From NCBI GenBank assembly GCA_043228905.1, contig JBHGNT010000844.1, positions 1-14,741 of the forward strand: a stretch of 14,741 bases of DNA, in the 5' to 3' direction. A program made the position numbers and the translations under genes. Positions 1 to 10,454 of the stretch are shown here, in pieces. The stretch's first letter is position 1, and every line of letters starts with the position of its first letter. The notes under the pieces were generated by a model. The model was not told the DNA's origin and searched no databases. It saw only the letters and a list, made by a program, of their open reading frames with translations. The stretch comes from Azolla caroliniana. Taxonomy: Eukaryota > Plantae > Polypodiophyta.

Positions 1-860
1 TTAAATCTATTAGATGAGTCTATTTCCTTGTTGTCTTTCATAATCTATTTGCTTTAATTTATAATTCATCACAATAAATGTAGTTAGGCATAGTCTTCAT
101 TCACAGAAGCCATAGCCATCACTAAAGCCTATTCGTATACCCAAGCAATAGACATCACTACTCCAGCCAGGCCCTGATCTCGGAACAGCTGCCAAAGTTC
201 ACTATAGCAAAACTGAATGCAAGGTTTTCCTGTATATATAGTATATTTCAAATTGTGATCACTGATTGAGACAACAGTCCCAGTATCATAAAATACAGAT
301 TTGCGTTGTTTGCTATCTAGAGAACAAACATCTCTTAATTTCCTGGTGAATTCCTCAATCTTTGTGATCGTCTCTCATTATTTCCTAACATTTCATTCAC
401 TTAAAAAGGAAAACTGGCAATAATCATTTCTCGAATAATTGTTCCTCCTTTGGTCTCTCTTCGCTCCCAGTATCCTTTTTTAAAGAAAAAGCAGAAATCA
501 AATTAAGTCGTACCGAGGCAAAAATAACTTTACTGTCTTAACTAGAAATAAAATTACGAAAGGCTTCAGAATCAATGTCAGAGTAAGTCAAAGAATACAT
601 TCATCAATAAAGTTTTATCTTATACCCAGGATAAGCAGGACATGTTTAGGGCAAATTAGAACTCGCTAGGGATGTCATCACATTTTCGACTTTTGGCTCT
701 CTTTTATTTCTTAGGCTGTTTTCTAATTTCCTCTTTCCACACATGACTTTCATCATGGTCTCTATTTTCATAATTGAGAATAGTATACTATTATTGTACA
801 AATAAATACAAGGTATGCGAGTGTTCGATCTTTCTTCCAAGAAGGATGCCTTAAGAAAAT

Positions 861-3800
861 TTATTCCTTCCCTATTCTGCGCTCCTCTTGCAAACGCCTC
901 AGAAGAGAGTCCTTTTCTTCTTCAGGAAGTGCATTGAACATAAATATTGATTTGTCCCCAAGGTCATCCTGCCAATTCAACAAGGCAAATGTCAAGGCAT
1001 GAACCAAATCATCATGGTAGTTCAAAAGAAACACCAATTTAAGAAATGGAATTGAATCTGATTGCCTTTGATTACTCCTAGGCTGTAGCCATCATTATAC
1101 ACTCTTGAAACTTGATAGATGGACTTATATCTGACTGCTTTCTCTGTTCTTGGGGCATTCTTCTCCACCCACATTATGCTGGGGGTTAATGCATCATTAC
1201 TTCAAACCTTGATCTCCAATCACAATCCCCAAGACACTTTACTGAATCTTCTAATGGTGGAAATTGGTATGTGTATGAGGTCATTAAGCTGGATAATGTC
1301 TGGTACTAGCAGGCATGCTCTGATAGAGCGTCACATGGGTTCAAATTCATCACATATTTCCTTTCTTTTTCTTTCTTTTTGGGTACATTCAATTAGCTGG
1401 TCAAATGACCCACATGATGCTGGCGGTTAATGCACCATTTCTTCAACCCTGTATCTCCAATCACAATCCCCAAGACGCTGCTAAATCTTCTAATGGTGGA
1501 AATCGATATCTATATGAGGCCATTAAGCTGGATAAAGTCTGACACTAGCAGGCATGCTATGAAAGAACACCACATGGGTTCAAATTCATCACACATACTT
1601 CCTTTCTTTTCTTTCTTTCTGCATAACCCAGGGAAATGTTACATAACCAATGAGATATGCCAAATATGATGAATCAAAGGATAGCATATCGCACCATCCT
1701 GGGTGTAATGTGTCCAGAAAATATTGCAATGAGACCAATTGTTAAATAAAAAGCCTCCCCAACCTACAGATTTGCCCAAAAATGCTATGCTGTTTGGAAA
1801 GGAATGAATTCACAACCATCTCTGCAAAAACTCCCAGATCGAAGAAAATCTAAACAAAACCATATAACAATATCATTCTCTCATAATCAATTGACCTTCA
1901 GCTGGAATGTGTAATTATTTTTCATCAATTAAAATCCAGGCATCCTTAGCCGGCCCTAAGCTTCAACTACATCTTCTTTGACTTCACCATCCTTGCAGGT
2001 TGAGACTATTAAGTTGAGTAGGAATGGTCTCAGTACTAGTATATTTTAATCATAAATCCTGAGATCAGGGCAGATATTTAGGCAGCCACAATATTGTTTG
2101 CTAATTTGTCCTGTATACTTTGTTAAAGGTTAAATAAAATATCAACTTCAATGATATGCCCCCCATTCCTGATATGCAAATATGAGAATGCTTTGTATGT
2201 CCTTTTTGACTATTTATGAACCTAAATATATCATCACAACCACTATCACAATACATCTTTGCATCCAAAAGACTAAAATTCCCCATATAACATCCTTTTC
2301 AAATATCATTCATACAGCTGTAGAACAATTTCCTAGAATGCATGTCTCTTGTTGAGAAGAAAACATTCAAAATTTTCAAGAACATTTGTCTCCAGTTGGC
2401 TAGAAATTAGGAATGTAATGTCTAACCAGATTGCGTAAAGGAAAAAGCAATGAGCTATACCTTGATTGGCTGGGTAAATTTTCTAGCAGTAAATACTATG
2501 AACAATGTCATCCAAGTAAACAGCAACGGAAGCTCAGCATTTCCATCCAACAACCCTGACTATGATCCATACATGCACCAAAGACATCAGCATAAAATTA
2601 AATTTCATTGTCCTCTAAATTAGCTCCCAAGCAATATTCTTAGGACATTCAACATGTCACTCATGTCTTAATCCTAGCCCGCCTCTATACAGTTTCTCCA
2701 TTCTACAATGAGCATATCCACTGTTGTAGATACTTAGCATACAATACGTATAGAATACGTATGCCAAGTATTCTAAGTTTCTTTTTAAAATACTTAAGAA
2801 TACGTATTTTATAGATAAAATATGTTAAATACTTAGAATACGTGTAGAATACTTAGAATACTTGTAAAATATGTTAAATACTTCTTAAATTTTAAAATAC
2901 TTCAGATTATTCTAAAATGTATTCTAAACTATGAGCATATCATCTTGTTCTCGACATTTCTACATGCCATGGAATTCAAACCAAACTATATTTTTTTGCC
3001 TTCTTTTACATGAATCTAATAAAAACAAGTATACCAGATGTCCCAGCAGAAGAGATGGGATGATAAAAACCAAAATTGCAGCCTCCAATTTTCCATAGCA
3101 TAGCCCTGTGAGGTATTAGAAAGCTTAATTAATTGGTACTCTGACTTATAATGCTTCTAAGAACTTGCAAACATTTAGACTGCATGCCAAATTGTTTATA
3201 TTCAGGCAATTATTGCAACGATGTCAATATGATTATAAGGCTTTCACAGTATCTCACACACAGGAACAGCAAAAATTGAACTCTTCAGAGTCAAGTATCA
3301 ATGAGAAACATCTAGAATCCATGGTTCCATGATGAAGAGTAAAATAAATGGTTGAATCTGCTGGAAAATGTTTTATGTTTCTCTAGTCATCACATCAATG
3401 ATAAATGTGTTGATCATACTTTTGGGAAATTATACGAAATAAGAAAGGCGCAATTAAATCAATCCACTGGAAGATGTTCTGAGTTCTCTTGTCATGTCAT
3501 TGGTCTAAAAACAGCTTTTCCACAGAAAATACTTCAAGAACTTCTACAAAATAACACAGGCGGAATTTAAAAATTGCAATCAATAGTGTATGCACCTTCT
3601 TTAAACACCAGTCCAGTCAAGGCTGCAAATAGAGGTCCAACTAGCCATATTGCCCACTGGTTTTGTACCACATAATTCACAAGACTCTCATGTTCAGGTG
3701 CTGCAAACTTCAAAGCTACCACTACTGAGCCTAGTACACCAGCTCCCCACAGCAGTTGCAATGCTCTCTTGATTGGCGTTACATATATATGGATGAGAAG

Positions 3801-5167
3801 CAACGAAATGCCCAATCCTCCAGCACCAACCCCATATAAGATGTCTGAACCATTCTCTACAGTCACATATAGCAAGCTATCCTTCGGTAAAAAGGCTCTT
3901 GATGCAGCTGTGACAAATGCAACAGCTGTTGTCACCAGCCCTGCTCTGTATAAAAAAACCTGCACTCAAGGATGCTTTTTAGAAAGGATTTTCTATGAGA
4001 GAAACTTCAAAACGAACATCGGTTAAATTTACTGCTTTGCCCATATCCATAATGAAATACGGGTATGAAATAATTATCAATAAATCATGTGTGCACTGCA
4101 AAATTGTAAACAAATTAGAAGCCTTCTCTGCTGGCTTCTATCACCAGAAAACTAGCAGCATGCAATCTCTCTCTAGGACGAATTATATTCTACATTAGCC
4201 TCAAAGATGCAAACTTTGAGCAACAAAGATATGTAGACCTGAACAACAACACTTGAAGAGGTGGGATATAGCTAGACTCTCATTCTGGAAATAATTGCAA
4301 TGGGACGGAATCAAATTGCAAGCAGGAGAGGAATAGTTAGCCTGAGGTTGCAAACACTCATAGACACGTAAAAAAAATTACTTGAGATTTTTAATGGTAC
4401 TAAATTGCAGTTCTCTCCATGAACATTTGAAACCTCAATAAATTTCCTGATTTTGAGCATTTAATAATTATCTAATTACATGTTTATAATATGATCATAC
4501 GACACATAATTTCCCAGAAAAGATACTAGAATCAATAATATTCTGTCATCTCTTGCTTCATTTAATGATATTCTTCATCTTTCAACTACAGGAGAGGATG
4601 CAAAGTTGTGATGTCCTTATTTCAAAGACTTAAAACACAACAAATGGAGAAAACGACCTAGCTAAACGCAATTTTCCTACCTTTATACATCCTAATTATG
4701 CAGACAAAGGTTCTTATTCATAATCAATGTAATCATCCATCATCGATGTTGAAAAAAGTTTACAGTAATCTTACTTCATATGCTGATTTAGTAAAAAAGC
4801 CATAATAAAACTGAGACAGAGAGAGAGAGAGAGAGAGAGAGACCTCGCGTATATCAGCAGAATCGATCGACCAGGGTCCATAAACGCCTTGGAAGACCTC
4901 AGTTTCCCCGGAGGTAGAGGAGGAGGAATCGTTGGAAGCAGCGGAGAGGAGAATGTTTCTCTTGATGGATAGAGGTGCATGAAGCCTAGAGGATCCATAG
5001 CGGAGCTGACATCTTCGATTGAAAGAGAGGGATGGCGACGGTATTGCGGATGCAGGGAAAGGGCAAGGGCAAGGGCTAGGATTAGGGTTAGGGTTAGGGT
5101 TAGACAGGAGATGCCGTGGGACATGGGCAGGAAGATGCAGAGTGAGGGAAGGAAGAAGCAGAACCAT
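861..5167 (-). CDS. DUF2301-family integral membrane protein, probably plastid-targeted; 5 exons: 5167-4844, 3959-3596, 3105-3035, 2559-2461, 968-861 (966 nt, 321 aa)
   Basis: All four introns are GT...AG and the phases join in frame (0,1,0,0). The spliced product has an S/P/R-rich transit-peptide-like N-terminus, then ...FQGVYGPWSIDSADIRE|VFLYRAGL...LLLIHIYVTPIKRALQLLW...VGPLFAALTGLVFKEG|LCYGKLEA...PSLLLGHL|SGLL...ARKFTQPIK|DDLGDKSIFMF...*. I recognise these motifs from the cyanobacterial/plant DUF2301 family (recalled, not searched). Confidence 0.92.
1167..1620 (+). repeat. Diverged tandem duplication (period ~241 bp) in DUF2301 intron 4; each copy ends in a B-box-like motif and a T-rich tract
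   Basis: Copy 1 ~1167-1380 and copy 2 ~1408-1620. Both start ACCCACAT and share blocks such as ATCTCCAATCACAATCCCCAAGAC, AATCTTCTAATGGTGGAAAT, CATTAAGCTGGATAA, ACTAGCAGGCATGCT and CACATGGGTTCAAATTCATCACA, followed by CCTTTCTTTT. Confidence 0.9.
2719..2933. mobile_element. Non-autonomous hAT-type MITE (215 bp) in DUF2301 intron 3
   Basis: Exact 8-bp TSD AGCATATC (2711-2718 and 2934-2941). Imperfect TIRs: left CACTGTTGTAGATAC, reverse complement of right end CATAGTTTAGAATAC. The interior is AT-rich with about ten AATAC(G/T)T motifs. An 8-bp TSD plus short CA-starting TIRs is typical of hAT elements. Confidence 0.78.
4818..4842. repeat. (GA)n/(CT)n microsatellite abutting the 5' splice site of DUF2301 intron 1
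   Basis: The minus strand reads GAG|GTCTCTCTCTCT... directly from the donor. Confidence 0.9.
5055..5103 (+). repeat. Hexamer (AAGGGC / TTAGGG) repeat within the DUF2301 transit-peptide coding region; G-quadruplex-capable on the template strand
   Basis: GGGAAAGGGCAAGGGCAAGGGCTAGGATTAGGGTTAGGGTTAGGGTTAG has seven GGG tracts and encodes NPNPNPNPSPCPCPFP on the minus strand. Confidence 0.8.
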
Positions 5168-5890
5168 CGCTTTGATTATGGTCGGAAGGCGAAGGGGTAA
5201 GGGGTTGGGTGGTGGGTTCGAATCTCAGTTCAGTTGCTCAACACAAATAATGAATGAATGGATGGAATGGAATGGATGGTAGTAATTACTAAATACTGTA
5301 CCCACAAAAACACAGTGTGTGTTTCTTGCTACATGGATATGGATCTTTAACAAAAAGAATGATTAATTATTCCTCCCTTGTTTGGCCGTAGAATGTCATC
5401 TCGATCCGTATTGATACAAGGGTCCATGTTAAACACAGAAAAGTGCCAATTGGGCGCCCATGCATGGTCCAAGTTCGCACTTTGGTTTCTCCCAAAATTC
5501 ACAGCTTTCGATGTTTTTGCAGAGTAAACCAGGACCATGCCCACTAACTAGTCAAAGAGAAGTAACGCTTGTTCGAAAAAAACATGTATATATAAAAGAT
5601 AACGACTTTCCGGTATGTTTTATAGGATACGGTTTTATTGAGTCTGGAATCCTTGAAATGACGAAAGATGGTGGGTGCCGTCTCTCTATTGCATAGAAAC
5701 TCGTGCTTTGCCGCAATGTTATTGGGAAGGGAATTTGGAACCATCAACTCAAGCCCAGCGAATTTGGGCAAGTAGCTAAGAGTATGTAATAATGTATGAA
5801 TGTCTCTCTCTCCCCCGCCCCTGTGTGTATGTATACATATGTACATACATATTCAGGCTCCACAACACGCACATACATACATCACACATG

Positions 5891-5891
<1 letters not shown>

Positions 5892-5941
<50 letters not shown>
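5892..5941. repeat. (CA)25 microsatellite
   Basis: Uninterrupted CA run in the intergenic region between the divergent genes. Confidence 0.95.
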
Positions 5942-5944
<3 letters not shown>

Positions 5945-6166
5945 TATGTAATATTCGTGCTTAGCCCAAACATTCTTGTGTTTGTTTTTACACTTTTTAC
6001 CTTAACTTCCTTACCCTTAAAGAAAAATTACCTTATAATAAATAATGAGTGCAAAAGTATGGTATTTACCATACTTCGAGCGTGTTTTTTCCATACTCGA
6101 ATGGTAAGAATGTTGGCGAATGCACCTACACACGCAAGAAAGAAGAAGAGCTTAAGTTTATTCACC

Positions 6167-6313
6167 GAGAGCGTGTGTGTGTGTGAGAGAGAAGAGAGAG
6201 AGAGAGAGAGTGTGTGTGTGTGTGAGAGAGAAGAGAGAGAGAGAGAGAGTGTGTGTGTGTGAGAGAGAAGAGAGAGAGAGAGAGAGTGTGTGTGTGTGTG
6301 TGAGAGAGAGAGA
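6167..6313. repeat. Compound (GT)n/(GA)n microsatellite with a higher-order ~37-39 bp unit
   Basis: The unit (GT)6-8(GA)4A(GA)~8 occurs three times plus a partial fourth; the single-A interruption recurs in each full unit. Confidence 0.92.
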
Positions 6314-6341
6314 CCAATTGGCCAGATGCACACACGTCTAG

Positions 6342-6363
6342 CCAATACCCAGGCGCCACGTCA
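6342..6363 (+). promoter_or_regulatory. ER-stress element ERSE-I overlapping a UPRE, upstream of HRD1
   Basis: CCAAT (6342-6346) + 9 nt (ACCCAGGCG) + CCACG (6356-6360) is the exact ERSE consensus. GCCACGTCA (6355-6363) reads TGACGTGGC on the minus strand, matching the UPRE TGACGTGG. It lies just before the CT-rich probable TSS region of an ERAD gene. Confidence 0.82.
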
Positions 6364-6453
6364 TACAGCTGACGTATATTGAAAGAAGGCTCTGCTCTCG
6401 CCTCTCTCTCTCTCTCTCTCTCTCTGCCTGTGCGTGTTGAAGTCTGGTTCTTT

Positions 6454-6492
6454 TTTAGGGTTAGGGTTTGTGTGTCTGTTTTTTTAGGGTTT
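6454..6492 (+). promoter_or_regulatory. Telo-box motifs (TAGGGTTT = reverse of AAACCCTA) in the probable HRD1 5' leader, downstream of a (CT)n tract at ~6402-6425
   Basis: TTTAGGGTTAGGGTTT at 6454-6469 and TTTAGGGTTT at 6483-6492. Confidence 0.65.
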
Positions 6493-7282
6493 GAGTTTTT
6501 TTGTTTGCGTCTTGTGTACAAAGGAAAGCGACAAGCCCGGAGATCTGAAGAAGACGACGACCACGAGAATAGAAAAGGAAGCTAATAAGAAGGGCTTGCG
6601 ATTCTGTGATCAGACCCCCCCCCCCCCCTTTTGGCCTCTTCGTCTGCTTCTTTCTCTGCTAAGGTTCGGCCAGTAATTTTCTGAATCTCCTGGATTTTTT
6701 AGTTAGAAAGCCAAGGCAGAGAAAATCGACGGTAGGTAAAACAGGAATGGTATGAACTGAGTTCTTTCATTTCTCTGTCAAGGTGCGATCTATGTTGTCT
6801 GCGCTCTAGGTTTGGAGTTTCAACGATCCAGACCAACAGACAGATAGAGATAGACAGAGACGACCATAAGAAGAGAAATGAAGGAGCAATATAGATAAAC
6901 ATAGAAGGTCTCAACAAGAAGAAAAACAAGGCAATCGAAGAATTGAAGAAGAAGATCACAAGAAGCCAAAGAAGAATTTATTAAAATCAGAATAATAAAT
7001 AGCATTCGAAGATCAGAATCAAAAGAATCCAAATTTAGACAAAAAGTCATAGTTTTTTTACGGAGTGTTCAGGCTTGAAACACGACAGCAATTTCTGACA
7101 GGGGAGCAGCCACAGTGAAACACATACAGGAGAACGATCAAAAGAAGAAGAAGGAAAAGGTAGAAAGAAGAAGAAAAGGTAGGAATTCGCAGAAGCAGAA
7201 TCAGTGAGAACGTGGAAATCAGATTCCTAACTGAAATCAGAATCGGGGTTTAACAAAGGCATCTTTTTTGTTACACTTGTGC

Positions 7283-10230
7283 ATGATGGTGAAGCTGAGG
7301 ACATATGCCACTGCCAGTGCTGTTGGGGCGGCAGCTGTGGTTTTCCATGCTTTTCAAAGTCGTCGCCAGTTTTACCCAGCTATGCTCTACCTGGCTACCT
7401 CCAAAATTAGTCTCGTTCTCCTCTCCAACATGGCCCTCGTCCTCCTCTGCTTGGTCTGGCAAGCTCTCAAACTCATCTTCCTTGGACGCCTTCGTGAGGC
7501 TGAGATTGAACGACTCAATGAACAATCATGGCGTGAGCTCATGGAAATCCTTTTCGCTATGACTATATTTAGAGAGGAGTTTAACGTGGTTTTTGTTGCT
7601 ATGGTGACTCTTCTTTTGTTTATTAAGGCCTTCCATTGGCTTGCTCAGAAGAGGGTTGAGTTCATCGAAACCACTCCATCAGCATCAAGACTCTCTCATG
7701 TTCGTATGGTCTCATTCCTTGTTTTGCTCCTTGTGCTTGACTCTATGTTCCTCTATGGTTGCATCTCCTCACTCTTGCAAACACGGCGCCCCTCAGTTGC
7801 CCTTCTCTTTGCTTTCGAGTAAGTGGGCATTTCTTGATCAGGTCTTTTGATGTTGTTCAGTGATTGATTAAGTAAACCAAATCCGTTTTCTTGATTAGAA
7901 ATCAAAGTGAATTGAATTTTATTTCTGCATGAAACGAATAGAAATTTCCTTTTAGCAAAGGAAACTCCTTATCCCTGTTTTTGATAAGCGAAATATGTCT
8001 GAATGGAATCAGTCAAAATAAAGAGAAATTTGCGTTTCAGTTCTCCATCTCTAGTTTTAAGAACAATGATTTGTTGTTATTGTTTTCTGGAACAAAATAT
8101 TTGTCACATAATGCCAGAACATGAAAGAGTTTTTGCATTAAACTAATAAAAAGATCCAAATATTTCTGAACCCAAATTGGTGAGAATCAAAATATAAGAA
8201 TGAAATGTTTTAGAGTACTCATGTAAAAACAATCTAACAGGGAAAAGACATCTTAAAAGAATTTCTGTATGTATCATACTTTACAGGGCTCTAAGTTGGT
8301 GGGATACATTATGCATGAATATATTCGTAAAGAATGTTTTCAGTCATCATGCACCACATATTAGAATTTTGGGAATATTGTAGAATCCACGTATCTACAT
8401 TAGCATGTCAACCATCAGTAGTCACCAAAATACCCTGCATCGACTTCTGGTCATGAATAAATAAAACGTATGGATTCTACAATAATTGTCAACTTTGGTT
8501 TTGTGTTGTCAGAAGACCAATGGAACTCGAAAGTGCATTTAGCACATTGATATAATATTTAAAGTTCTTCTGATTTAGTGGATTTCTTTTGCAGGTATAT
8601 GATTTTGGCAACTTCGACAATAGCCATATTTCTTAAATATGCATTTTATGCCTGTGATATGTTCTTTGAAGGGCAATGGGAAAACAAAGCCGTTTTCACT
8701 TTCTACTTGGAGCTTGTGCGAGATCTTCTTCACCTCTCACTTTATTTAGTCTTCTTTCTAGTGATCTTCATGTGAGTACCACTTCTTACACTGACTTGTG
8801 TCATTCAGATTGTTTTAGATGTCTGAGCTATGAAATTAATGTGCACAGAAACTATGGTTTACCATTGCATCTTGTGCGGGAACTTTATGAAACATTCCGT
8901 AACTTCAAATCTAGAGTTTCTGACTTCATCCGTTACCGGAAAATAACTTCAAATATGAACGAACGATTTCCTGATGCAACCCCAGAAGAACTTAGCAGGT
9001 CCATTCTTGCAACAAGCATTTGTCTTTTATTTCATGTCTTGAATTTTATCTTTGTTTTCTGAAGATTATATATGTTTAGGAGTGATGCTACATGCATAAT
9101 ATGCCGCGAGGAGATGGTGACAGCAAAGAAGCTGCTTTGTGGCCATCTATTTCATGTGCACTGCTTGAGATCATGGTTGGAAAGGCAACAAACATGTCCC
9201 ACATGCAGGGCTCCAGTTGTTGCTCCTGAAAGTGGACAATCTGCTGTTGGTGGAGATGGAAGGGCACCAGTATTACCACGACAACAATATCGACCACTAG
9301 AAGGTTTTCTTCTCCTTCCAGAAGCATGCACTTTGTAGAGAACTTGGCTGTGAAAAGAAGGAAAGAAAGAAAGGCTTTTAGCGCATATTGAAGGTGCAAT
9401 GGTGGAATGCAGCTTAGATGTTGGGTTAATGCTAAGATGTAAAGAGTAGATTTACAGAGTTGATTTTAAGATGTTAATAAGTAGGAGTTTTTGGATTGAA
9501 TTCTAAATATGCAAGCCTTAGAGAACTAAATTAAAGAATGTGAAGAACACCATTTGAAAAGTTGGTCTAAGCATGTAAGAACCAAATTGTAGATTTTATT
9601 CTAAGCCTGTAAACTCTAAAGAACCAAGTTGTAGAGTTGATTAGAAGATGTGATGCCTTTGCAGCTAGAGATGCCACGGGTGAGAGGAATGGAATCAGTG
9701 CTCGACAACATGATCAAGCACAAAGTCTAATGCCATCTGAGGCTACATATGTGGTGCCTGAGGTAGCTCGACTACAAGCAGCCGCAGCAGCCGCCGCTCA
9801 ATACCAAAGTTCTTTTGTTTACCCTGCACTGCATGGTCGAGAATTGATCGGGTATACTATTCAAAACTATGGATTTAAGTTTCTATAAATAGCTCAAAAT
9901 CCCTATCTGTTGTACTAGATGTTGAATGTTTCTTGACGATGGACTAGGATCTATGCATGTTTTTGGTAGTAGATTCTGAACATCTTATGATGTCACATTA
10001 TGGGTTTTCTTAGGTACCCTGCGTACCTTTACTATGTTCCACAAACATATTTAGCAGCAACAGTTGGACAGACAGTCAATGAAAATGCCACTACAGGTGA
10101 GGCTCAACCAACTGAGCCTTCAGGGCATATAAATAGGGACTCTTCATCTCCCTCTAGTAGCAACAGTCGCAAAGGGCATCATTCTAATGATCTCAAGGGA
10201 AAAGCGCCAGCTGATGATGTGTCAAGGTAA
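7283..10230 (+). CDS. HRD1: ERAD-associated E3 ubiquitin-protein ligase HRD1 (synoviolin); 6 exons: 7283-7818, 8595-8771, 8849-8998, 9080-9303, 9665-9851, 10014-10230 (~496 aa)
   Basis: N-terminal multi-TM region (RRQFYPAMLYLATSK, IFLGRLREAEIERLNEQSWRELMEILFAMTIFREEF, LFIKAFHWLAQKRVEFIE), then WENKAVFTFYLELVRDL and NYGLPLHLVRELY, then a RING-H2 domain CIICREEM...LLCGHLFHVHCLRSWLERQQTCPTC. All introns are GT-AG and in phase. The last two exons and the exact stop are less certain. Confidence 0.95.
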
Positions 10231-10454
10231 AATGGACACAAGTTAAGTCCCTCCATCGTCTATCTCTAAGAACCATTTGTTAATACCTGAGCCTTACCTA
10301 TCACAAACACTTCTGATTCTAGAGTAACATATTAGCAATGAGCCTTATTTTAAGTGCCTGCCAGTGATACACAAATTTACAATCAAAGGCAGCTTAGGAA
10401 ATAATGCCTCATTTCCAGCTCTGGTCATTTTTTTCATTTGACCTTTATGGTTTC

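Noticed and set aside
1-630. Possible spliced 3' UTR exon of the DUF2301 gene (minus-strand CAG|G at ~230; donors near 625 or 513)
   Set aside because: Weak polypyrimidine tract and no coding or transcript support; cannot be called from sequence alone.
1119-1669. Two similar consecutive ORFs (103 aa and 79 aa) resembling a paralogous gene pair
   Set aside because: They are translations of the intronic tandem duplication, antisense to the host gene, with no recognisable domain.
1340-2240. Box C-like TGATGA motifs on the minus strand of intron 4 (possible intronic C/D snoRNAs)
   Set aside because: No suitably spaced box D with a terminal stem or recognisable rRNA guide was seen.
3352-4198. 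Plus-strand ORFs 3352-3570, 3769-4026 and 3995-4198
   Set aside because: Antisense to DUF2301 exon 2 or its introns; no protein features.
5211-5230. GGTTCGAATCTC tRNA T-loop/B-box-like motif
   Set aside because: No cloverleaf or A-box context; it lies in the probable DUF2301 5' UTR.
4771-5282. Alternative-frame and antisense ORFs with RVRVRV, GLGLGL or LTLTLT runs
   Set aside because: By-products of the hexamer repeats in exon 1.
5347-7050. Numerous ORFs across the intergenic and leader region (VCVCVC, ERERER, SLSLSH; hydrophobic minus-strand ORFs)
   Set aside because: Open frames arise from stop-free microsatellites and purine skew; not credible proteins.
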